Origin: an uncultured delta proteobacterium | GTDB lineage: Bacteria; Desulfobacterota; Desulfobaccia; Desulfobaccales; 0-14-0-80-60-11 | Reading direction: 5' to 3' | NCBI GenBank assembly: GCA_963812015.1 | Contig: CAWETI010000002.1 | Span: 1,600,001-1,664,000, forward strand | DNA: 64,000 bases | In this document: positions 9,785 to 17,748 of the stretch, piece by piece | Position numbering within the stretch: the first letter of the stretch is position 1 | Layout: each line of letters starts with the position of its first letter | Notes under the pieces: model-generated | What the model was told of the DNA's origin: nothing | The model's database searches: none | Seen by the model: only the letters and a program-made list of their open reading frames with translations | Program-made: the position numbers and the translations under genes

Positions 9785-9915
9785 ACATCCAGGAGAATGA
9801 TTCCTGGGACTCGATGGCTCTTATTCCACAGTCGATTCGATAAGACCAACTGGCGAAAGTCCTGGGGATTGACAAATGGCAAGACTTTCTCGGGCGGGAT
9901 ACCGGAGCAAAATAG

Positions 9916-10164
9916 TTGAAGAACCGAACCATTAGCCCTGAGTTCTTTACACTCCCGCAGCTTTGCCTCTACTCCGGCCTGGGGCAACGTTTTCTACGGG
10001 ATGCCATTAATTCAAGGGAGCAACCTCTACCTCATTTCAGGCTGAATCATAAAACCATCCTCGTCTCAAAAAACGAATTTGGTGAATGGCTAAAAAACTT
10101 CAGGACAGAGAATGACGACCTTGAACGAATCGTCGATCAAACTATATCGGGGATGCGGAAGTAA
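9916..10164 (+). CDS. Excisionase/AlpA-like small winged-HTH protein
   Basis: FFTLPQLCLYSGLG..FLRDAI..LPHFRL..KTILVSKNEFGEWL pattern; position in the mobile module. Confidence 0.7.
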   Translation: MKNRTISPEFFTLPQLCLYSGLGQRFLRDAINSREQPLPHFRLNHKTILVSKNEFGEWLKNFRTENDDLERIVDQTISGMRK

Positions 10165-10469
10165 CCCGCTGGCAGGCATAAAGGGGGTAACCCCGCGGCA
10201 CCAGGGGGAGGCCTTGCCCGGGCTACGATTCATGAATTGAAAGTTTCCGGGGATAGGGACGGCTGATACCTGGTCCCGAACAGCGCTTTTTCTAGAGCGA
10301 TTTCCCCGGACCCCTTTCAGGACCAAGCGTCAGGAGGCAAAACCACGGTGCCAAAATCCTTTGTGTCCCCCTCAGGCTCTAAGGAATTGGCATTGATCCT
10401 GAGGGACGGGAGGCCTTGTGAAAACAAATCCCCTGGTGGACGGCCAAGGGAGGCGGCAGGGGGAGGCGC

Positions 10470-11465
10470 ATGGGAAGACCTTGGGGCAGGCTTTATAGCG
10501 GCATGCGAAATCATCGCAAGATCGTGGCCCTATCGCGACGGCACCCTACCCATTGGCGCGTGGTCTACACCCTTCTTGAAATGAGCTTCGAGACCTGGGA
10601 TGGAGGTAGGATTCTGGCGGCGCCCGGCATTCCTTACACTCTTGCGGAACTGGCCGAGGAAGTCAGACTTTCCCCCAAAAAGCTCCTACCGATTTTAAAA
10701 ACGATGGATGAACTCTCCCTAGTGAAACTGGAAACGGAATGTGCCAATTCTGATCTTAAAAACGCGAAAAAAATGACAATTTTTCTTCATTTTGAAAGTT
10801 GGAATAGAAGGCAATTTGAATCGGATTTGAGTACGAATCGCACCCAAAAACACAGGGCGAAATCAAAAGAATCAGATACTTACAGCAGCATGGGAACGGC
10901 TGGGGAACGGCCACCGGAACGGCAAAGGAACGGTCACGGGAACGGACCAGAGACAGAGACAGAGACAGAGACAGAGACAGAGACAGATATTAACCCCCCT
11001 ACCCCCTTACCAGGGGGTGGCGGGAAGGCTCCTCCTGCGGAAGGCGAAAAGCCAAGGCGGCAGACCAAACGCCAGAAGGCCTTGGCCAATCCATACTCGC
11101 CAGACTTCGAGCGGTTCTATAAGGCCTACCCCAACAAGAAGGGTGGTAAGGACGAGGCCTGGAGACTCTGGCAGGAGCGGGCCGAGGTCGGCAAATTGCC
11201 TTCCATCGACGATATCATGGCCTCCATCGAAGCGCTTATTCCGGGATGGGCCCAGGACAGTAATAAATTCGCCCCTATGATCACCACCTTCATTAATCAG
11301 GGCCGCTGGACTGATGCGGATGCCCTGATTTCCAGGGATGACCCGCAAAACAAGACCGATCCGAACTGCCCTGACTGCCATGGCAGGGGCCTAGTAGAAG
11401 CGGTAGATGACGACGGTGATACAGGCCAGAGAACCTGCCGTTGCAGAGGAGAAAAGCATGACTAA
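10470..11465 (+). CDS. Phage-type replication initiator / replisome organiser
   Basis: N-terminal W.RLY...RK plus wHTH (PYTLAELAE), ET-repeat linker, FERFYKAYPNKK and TTFINQGRW C-terminal motifs, terminal CxxC..CxC; overlaps the dnaB start. Confidence 0.75.
   Translation: MGRPWGRLYSGMRNHRKIVALSRRHPTHWRVVYTLLEMSFETWDGGRILAAPGIPYTLAELAEEVRLSPKKLLPILKTMDELSLVKLETECANSDLKNAKKMTIFLHFESWNRRQFESDLSTNRTQKHRAKSKESDTYSSMGTAGERPPERQRNGHGNGPETETETETETETDINPPTPLPGGGGKAPPAEGEKPRRQTKRQKALANPYSPDFERFYKAYPNKKGGKDEAWRLWQERAEVGKLPSIDDIMASIEALIPGWAQDSNKFAPMITTFINQGRWTDADALISRDDPQNKTDPNCPDCHGRGLVEAVDDDGDTGQRTCRCRGEKHD
10893..10945 (+). repeat. Five GGAACGG direct repeats (candidate iterons)
   Basis: Copies start at 10893, 10904, 10916, 10927 and 10939 (spacing 11,12,11,12). 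Confidence 0.75.
10948..10987 (+). repeat. (CAGAGA)6 microsatellite encoding ETETET
   Basis: Six perfect hexamers plus CAGA. Confidence 0.9.
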
Positions 11466-12792
11466 ATCGCAAGCGGCGAATCCAGGATACCAGCCCCCGG
11501 CCAACCTGGAGGCGGAGCAATCCCTGTTGGGCGCCATCCTGGTGCGCCCATCTGCTTTAGATGAGGTCATCGGTCTGTTATATGAAGACGATTTTTACTC
11601 CACTGCCCACGCCCGGATCTACCATGCGATGGTGGATCTCTACGGCGCTAATTTCCCTGTGGACCTGGTGACGGTCTGCGCCTACCTGAAAGACCGCAAC
11701 CAACTGGAAGGCGTCGGTGGTCCGGTCTTTTTAGCCCAACTCTCTGAGCAGGTGGGGTTCGCCGTCAACGTCCCGTACTATGCGAAGCTGGTTCGGGAGA
11801 AGGCGGTCCTCCGTCGCCTACTGGAAGCCTCCCAGGAGATCGCCGGGGGCTGTTTGGCTCCCGTTGACGATGTGGCGGAGTTCGTGGACCGGGCCGGCGA
11901 GAAAATCTCCGAGGTCATGGATAAGCGCGGGGCCCAGGCTCATTCCCTGGCCGACCTCGTGCCGGTAGAGGAGGCCCGGATTGAAGCGCTCCACGACCGG
12001 AAAAATCAAATTATTGGGATTTCCACGGGATTTAAGGACATTGACCGGCTAACCGCAGGGCTCCAGGATTCAGACTTGATCATCCTGGCGGCCCGCCCCA
12101 GCATGGGCAAGACTGCCTTGGCCTTGATAATCGCCTTCAACGCTGCCCACCTTTCCAAGGCCCCGGTGGCATTCTTCTCCCTGGAAATGTCCAAGGAGCA
12201 ACTTGTCCGCCGTTTGATAGGGAGTGCGGGCAAGATCAATGCGGAGCGGTTGAGGACCGGTCGGATGGAGGCTGAGGAATGGGTTAGGTTCAACAAGACG
12301 AACCAAATGCTGATGACGGTTCCCATCTTTATTGACGATTCGCCCAACCCGTCACCGTTGGAAATCAGGTCCCGGGCCCGGCGTCTCAAGATGCGTTATG
12401 GTATTCGACTGGTGATCGTGGACTATTTACAACTCGTCAAGGACCCCGGGGCCAAGAGCCGGGAACAAGAAATTTCCGGAGTCTCCCGGGCCCTGAAAGC
12501 CCTGGCCAAAGAATTGAATATCCCGGTGATCGCCCTCTGTCAGTTGAATCGGGATGTTGAAAAGCGGGACAAGAAGCGGCCCTTACTGTCAGACCTGCGG
12601 GAATCAGGTGCCATTGAGCAAGACGCCGACTTGGTTTTTCTCATCTACCGGGATGATGTTTACCACGAAGACTCGCCCGACAAAGGGATCGCCGAAGTAC
12701 GGCTGGCGAAACAACGGAATGGGGCTACTGGGAGGATAACCCTGACCTATCTGGGGGAGTTTATGCGGTTCGAAAATCACATCGCATTATAA
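11458..12792 (+). CDS. dnaB: Replicative DNA helicase (element-borne)
   Basis: PPANLEAEQSLLG, ARPSMGKT Walker A, FSLEMS, IVDYLQL, SDLRESGAIEQDAD, KQRNG; GAGGAG RBS before ATG 11458. Confidence 0.95.
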   Translation: MTKSQAANPGYQPPANLEAEQSLLGAILVRPSALDEVIGLLYEDDFYSTAHARIYHAMVDLYGANFPVDLVTVCAYLKDRNQLEGVGGPVFLAQLSEQVGFAVNVPYYAKLVREKAVLRRLLEASQEIAGGCLAPVDDVAEFVDRAGEKISEVMDKRGAQAHSLADLVPVEEARIEALHDRKNQIIGISTGFKDIDRLTAGLQDSDLIILAARPSMGKTALALIIAFNAAHLSKAPVAFFSLEMSKEQLVRRLIGSAGKINAERLRTGRMEAEEWVRFNKTNQMLMTVPIFIDDSPNPSPLEIRSRARRLKMRYGIRLVIVDYLQLVKDPGAKSREQEISGVSRALKALAKELNIPVIALCQLNRDVEKRDKKRPLLSDLRESGAIEQDADLVFLIYRDDVYHEDSPDKGIAEVRLAKQRNGATGRITLTYLGEFMRFENHIAL

Positions 12793-12868
12793 GGGCTGAA
12801 ACCCTCAATGCTTCCCTCGACCTTGCGGTTTGATGGGAGGTGCCTCAACGGGCAAAAGGAGCTGAATT

Positions 12869-13318
12869 ATGGGTATGGACGTAATGGGCAAGGCCCCCTG
12901 TAGCAAACGTGGCGAATATTTTCGCAGCAGCGTCTGGTGGTGGAGGCCATTGTGGACGTTCTGCGAACAAGCTGCTCCTGAGATCATCCCACAGGACAAT
13001 CTTGGCCATTTCAACGAAGGCTGGGGACTCGACGAAGCGGATGCGTGCGCTCTTGCTGACCGCCTACAAAGCCTCTTAGATAGGGGCGACGTCACCGGTG
13101 ATGATGTAATCCGTAAAGCCGAAATGCACTGCATAATGGGTGAACTATGTGACCAGTTCAACTTCACAGGGGAGCGCTGGCACCATGGGGATCATGCTTG
13201 CGCGAAATACGGCGTAGGAAGCCTGCGACCCCAGGAGACATGCTACCAATTCAGTGCAGAAGGCGTTCGCGCTTTCGCAGCGTTTCTCCGTGACTGTGGA
13301 GGTTTTGAAATTTACTGA
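12869..13318 (+). CDS. Hypothetical phage-type protein
   Basis: 149 aa ORF with AGGAG RBS; GEYFR..VW.WRPLW and terminal FLRDCGGFEI. Confidence 0.65.
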   Translation: MGMDVMGKAPCSKRGEYFRSSVWWWRPLWTFCEQAAPEIIPQDNLGHFNEGWGLDEADACALADRLQSLLDRGDVTGDDVIRKAEMHCIMGELCDQFNFTGERWHHGDHACAKYGVGSLRPQETCYQFSAEGVRAFAAFLRDCGGFEIY

Positions 13319-13510
13319 TGCTACAAGGGAGGGGGAAAACAATGTCTGATGGTAATGTGTCTGACCTGTTCGAGAATTATACCCGGGAGGCAATAAAATT
13401 CCAGTTGGGAATGGGAGCCGAATATAGTCACTCTCAAAGTTGAAAATCAGGCGCACCTTTACCCGACAAGCCACCTTATTCGCGGCGTGGCGGCACTTTT
13501 ATAAGGAGCA

Positions 13511-13780
13511 ATGGTTATGAGCGAGAAGCCTATTTGCGAGATTCAAAAGAATGCACGGGAGTCTATTCAACTTCGCTTGGGAACCTTTAAGAAACATCGG
13601 TTTGTAGATATGCGGATTTTCATTAAAGAGGACGGCAAAGCCCCGGCCCCCACTCCAAAGGGCTTGGCGGTTTCTCCTGCCTTATGGCCCCAATTCAGGA
13701 GGGCTCTTGCCCAAGTGGAAGCGAAAATGATTGAAGGAGGCTGGCTGGATAAAGAGGACCTGGAGGTGCAGGATGAATAA
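13511..13780 (+). CDS. PC4/p15-like single-stranded nucleic-acid-binding protein
   Basis: FKKHRFVDMRIF....PTPKGLAV pattern; AAGGAG RBS. Confidence 0.75.
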   Translation: MVMSEKPICEIQKNARESIQLRLGTFKKHRFVDMRIFIKEDGKAPAPTPKGLAVSPALWPQFRRALAQVEAKMIEGGWLDKEDLEVQDE

Positions 13781-14450
13781 GACAGACATCGAGTGGACTG
13801 ATTTTACATGGAACCCAGTGACCGGTTGCCTGCATGGGTGCCCCTACTGCTACGCCAGGGGCACGGCCAGGAGATTCTACACGCGGGAGATCGGCTTCTC
13901 CCCTCATTTCTGGCCTGAACGGATAGACGAGCCGGGACGTCGGAGGAAGCCGGCTAAAATATTCGTGACCAGCATGGGTGATTTATTTGGTGATTGGGTT
14001 CCCGTCAACTGGTGGCGGGCGGTGTTTGATGTGGTGAGTCAATGTCCCTATCACACCTTTCAATTCCTCACCAAGAACCCCAGACGGCTTAAGGAGTTGA
14101 ACCCCTGGCCCGATAACTGCTGGGCAGAGGTCACAGCTACGGATCAGGAAATGTTTGATGTGGCGACCGGTCACCTTAAAGAGGTGGAAGTCGCAACCAG
14201 GTTCGTTTCGGCGGAGCCTCTCCTGGGTCCTATCAGGATGAAAGAAGCCCCCGGCCTTGACTGGCTCATCATTGGGGCTCAGACCGGCAGGAGGCCGATG
14301 CAACCCTTGAATGCCTGGGTAGATGATCTGGTGGCCGACGCCCAGTGCTGGGGGATAAAGATTTTCTGCAAAGGTAACCTGGAGGGCTATCACATCAGGG
14401 AATGGCCGGCTGGCTTTTTGACACAAAGACCTGATGGGCGGTGGAGGTAG
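13773..14450 (+). CDS. DUF5131 (phage Gp37/Gp68) family protein
   Basis: TDIEWTDFTWNPVTGC..GCPYCYA, IFVTSMGDLF, FQFLTKNP, FVSAEPLLG, WLIIGAQTG. Confidence 0.85.
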   Translation: MNKTDIEWTDFTWNPVTGCLHGCPYCYARGTARRFYTREIGFSPHFWPERIDEPGRRRKPAKIFVTSMGDLFGDWVPVNWWRAVFDVVSQCPYHTFQFLTKNPRRLKELNPWPDNCWAEVTATDQEMFDVATGHLKEVEVATRFVSAEPLLGPIRMKEAPGLDWLIIGAQTGRRPMQPLNAWVDDLVADAQCWGIKIFCKGNLEGYHIREWPAGFLTQRPDGRWR

Positions 14451-14603
14451 AAATTGGTGGTTTCTTATGCGGTATGGGGGGCAGAATAGAGCCTTGTGCT
14501 CAAAGCCCGGATCCGCCGGTTTCCAGGAAAAAGTATAAACCCTCCGGCTATTTCGAGCTACAGCAATGGGACATCACATTCAAGACCAACAAAGGAGATT
14601 ACA

Positions 14604-15002
14604 ATGGACGATTCAGGAAGATGCGAATGTTGTGGGCGACTTTCAAGTGAACTAACACCCTTCTGCAACGGCGCGTTGTTGGGCAAAACATACAGGGTAA
14701 TGGGCCCGGATAATGAAGAACGCGAGGCAATGTATGCATGTTTGGAAGAATTCCCCCATGGAGTCGTGACGGAAGAGGAGTTATGCGAAGCTATCGCTGG
14801 GCGCAATGAAAAATACGGGAAAGAAAAAGTCTGGCGGATGATTGAAGCTGTCCAAACGCCAAGGACGGTTGGCGTCAGTTGGGAGTGCAGCGATTGCATA
14901 AGATTGGATGGAGACGAGTATCGGAAAAGGCGACGGAAGGGATATGAGGCTTATTTATGGAGAAAAACAGAGGAGGGGATTGAAATCCCGACGTCTCCAT
15001 AA
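14604..15002 (+). CDS. Hypothetical protein with two CxxC pairs
   Basis: AAGGAG RBS; CECC near the N-terminus and WECSDC near the C-terminus. Confidence 0.6.
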   Translation: MDDSGRCECCGRLSSELTPFCNGALLGKTYRVMGPDNEEREAMYACLEEFPHGVVTEEELCEAIAGRNEKYGKEKVWRMIEAVQTPRTVGVSWECSDCIRLDGDEYRKRRRKGYEAYLWRKTEEGIEIPTSP

Positions 15003-15242
15003 AATTATCCCCGATTGGTTTTGAAGTGGCCGGGGGTCTGGGGGTAGCGCCAACTTACCCTGCCCTTGGAGACGTCAAACACGATCTCTTCTTACCCAAA
15101 CGTTCGGCCTCAGGGGGCCCCCCGTGGCCTAAGCATATCTATGAAAGTTGAAGAACTCTGGCCCGGTGTATAAGCGGCCATGGTTAAAGGTGGCTGGTTG
15201 GACCGGAGGACCTGCAGGCCCAGGGGGATTGGAGTCGAGTTT

Positions 15243-15539
15243 ATGGGTAATACGAGATTATCTCCGCGAGCGATGAAATTTTTAGAACTCTATTTTGGTG
15301 GCGCTTTAATGAAGGACGCCGCCCGTGCCGCGGGTTATAAGGGGGCAAGCAACCAGGCACTTTGCAACAGCGCGAGGAGAATCCTGAGCAAATTCAGCAA
15401 GACCCCCTGGGCCACTTTCCGCCGAGCTGAGGCACGCAAGAGGAAGATTGCCCAACTACTTACAGATTTTGATGGCAGATCCGAGCTTCAACAATTAAAA
15501 GCACTGAAGATCTTGTCGAGGTGCATAAGAGGAGGTTAA
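15243..15539 (+). CDS. Terminase small-subunit-like HTH protein
   Basis: LSPRAMKFLELY...AARAAGY....SARRIL resembles the TerS N-terminal HTH. Confidence 0.55.
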   Translation: MGNTRLSPRAMKFLELYFGGALMKDAARAAGYKGASNQALCNSARRILSKFSKTPWATFRRAEARKRKIAQLLTDFDGRSELQQLKALKILSRCIRGG

Positions 15540-15542
15540 CCC

Positions 15543-15845
15543 ATGGGCCGGGGACTATCACCTGTTCAGCGCCGGATTTTGGCCTTTGTTGGGCGGGAAA
15601 AGTTTGTCATGTGCCAAGACCTTTTAACGCTGTGGGAAGTCCAACCTGGCGCTGGTGATGATAAAGCCAAGTACGCCGCGGCTCATGCCGCCTTGTCTCG
15701 GGCCTTAACCCGTTTGTTTTGGAGGGGGCTGATCAAATATTGGGTAAATAAATTTAGCCGTTATCGAACGGCAGTCACCTTGACCGATAAGGGGAAGGGG
15801 CTGGCCCAGGCCATTTTCACGGAAGATCAAAAGGCGCAGTATTAA
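15543..15845 (+). CDS. Winged-helix DNA-binding protein
   Basis: LSPVQRRIL...LSRALTRLFWRGLI...LTDKG; GGAGG RBS. Confidence 0.6.
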   Translation: MGRGLSPVQRRILAFVGREKFVMCQDLLTLWEVQPGAGDDKAKYAAAHAALSRALTRLFWRGLIKYWVNKFSRYRTAVTLTDKGKGLAQAIFTEDQKAQY

Positions 15846-16367
15846 GGGTTAAGAGGGCTTGAATTGCCAGAAATGTTCATAGAATAATTCCGACTGGAAA
15901 CATAATAACCATATTTATTTAATATTAAAAGTAAGTTAAGCGCTTTCAGCAAAGAAACCTTGAGAATTTTTTTGGCAATCTTCCACGTGCCATTCATCCT
16001 TTTCCCGCATTTTCCCACATCCCCACTCCTATGCATGAATTTCCTGAAAGGTATTGTTATTTAAGGATATAATCCATGATCCGATACATTCTTGTCTGCG
16101 TCTGCATATGAGTTTTAGGTTAATCAATTCTGGTCATTTCACCGTTTCCGGCAAGCGACCTCTCAAAAATCCTTCAGGCCATGCAATTTGTCGCCCTAAA
16201 CTCTCCAAAAAAGTCTTAACCATTTCTTCTTCATCGTGGCATAATGCCCATGGGTGAGGCCCGATGAATCCTTTGGAAACCTGCCCCAAGGAACTTACCG
16301 AGATCTGCGCCTCCGGAGCCGGTGGAAAAGGCTTGGGTCTGAAATCCCAAGAAGGTAGGAGTCAGGA

Positions 16368-17738
16368 ATGAGTTTGTTAAACGAGCATCAAAGGCAGAGA
16401 GCATTAGAAGTAATGCGGGAATTCCTATCGGCACCTGCCGGGGCAGACGGACAGACCCCGGTTCAGGCTGGAGATGCATGCGACCATGAACGGATTCGAC
16501 TTATTGAACAAGAAATAAATCCGCTCCTTTCCGGCTACCTTGAAGGGACAATTCCCTTGGCCGATTTCAAGTCTAAAGTGGACAGCATAAACAAGCGTAA
16601 TAGTGGCCTATGGGGTTTCAAGGGCATCAAGGGCCAGATGTTCTTCAACATGGTGGTCAATGTGACCGACAATCCCGGGGAATGCGATCAGGAACTCAAG
16701 GCGGCAATAGCAGTTCCGTCCAGCGACCAGATAGGCGCAAGTCGCTTGAAAACCTTTACCAGCTATGTAAAGCGCCTGGGAGAACAGTGGGTAGAGGCTG
16801 GCCACACCGGGCACGGCATGCCCAAAGTGGGGAGCATTCCGTTCTTTGTCTCATATTTCTGGCAGATTCAGGAACGGGAGACTTGGCCTGTTTATTACAC
16901 CAACAGCGTGCAGATGATGACCGACCTCAATCTCTGGCAACCTTCGGGCGAACTGGCCGAGGATTACATAAACTTCAAGCATCTCCACGAAGAGCTTGCC
17001 GATCTCTTTACGCGAGAGAGCGGCCAGAGATTCGACCTCTACCGGGTGGAACATGTCTTCTGGCACCGCGGCGGCAACCCGTATGCCGGTGGCCCCAGAC
17101 CACCAGTTGGCCCAACACCTCCACCAATTCCCCTGGTCGGCGTGGATGTCCTGCCCGAAAGCTACGTGCCGCCCATCATCGCCATCCTTCCTCGCGTGGC
17201 CTTGAATGAACCTACCATGATTGAAACAGCCCGAAATTCTGGAACTTCCCTGGAACGCGCCTTCGAGAAATACATCAATTCGGCTTTTACTATATTGGGC
17301 TACAAAGCAGAACTCCTTGGAATGGGGAGGGGGCGGGTGCCGGATGGCTTAGCTCTGGCCCACGATGAGAACTATGCTATTCTTTGGGACGCTAAGATTA
17401 GGGCAAACGGATACAGCATGGGAACCGACGACCGTACCATACGTGAGTATATTACTACCCAAAGCCGGGAATTGAAGCGTCGACGTTTCATGAGAAACAT
17501 CTATTACCTTATCATTTCCAGCGCCTTCACGGATGATTACGATGATGCCATCCGCTCCATCAAAATGGAGACCGACGTGAACGAAGTTATCCTCATGGAA
17601 GTCGACGCCCTGGTGGCTATGGTGGATGCAAAACTTAGAGCGCCTTTGGATGTAACTTTAGGTCCCGACGGCTTGCAGCGCCTGTATTCACAAAGCGGCA
17701 TCCTCACCTCCGACACGGTGCGGGAGCTTTTGATATAG
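16368..17738 (+). CDS. Putative restriction endonuclease with a FokI-like C-terminal PD-(D/E)xK domain
   Basis: FEK...LGY...GRVPDG...YAILWDAK...GYS...IREYI parallels the FokI cleavage domain; Pro-rich linker; N-terminal domain unassigned. Confidence 0.65.
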   Translation: MSLLNEHQRQRALEVMREFLSAPAGADGQTPVQAGDACDHERIRLIEQEINPLLSGYLEGTIPLADFKSKVDSINKRNSGLWGFKGIKGQMFFNMVVNVTDNPGECDQELKAAIAVPSSDQIGASRLKTFTSYVKRLGEQWVEAGHTGHGMPKVGSIPFFVSYFWQIQERETWPVYYTNSVQMMTDLNLWQPSGELAEDYINFKHLHEELADLFTRESGQRFDLYRVEHVFWHRGGNPYAGGPRPPVGPTPPPIPLVGVDVLPESYVPPIIAILPRVALNEPTMIETARNSGTSLERAFEKYINSAFTILGYKAELLGMGRGRVPDGLALAHDENYAILWDAKIRANGYSMGTDDRTIREYITTQSRELKRRRFMRNIYYLIISSAFTDDYDDAIRSIKMETDVNEVILMEVDALVAMVDAKLRAPLDVTLGPDGLQRLYSQSGILTSDTVRELLI

Positions 17739-17748
17739 AGGTAGCATC

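Noticed and set aside
10893..10987. Possible CRISPR array
   Set aside because: Repeats are 6-7 bp with 0-5 bp gaps; no CRISPR-sized repeats or cas genes in the window
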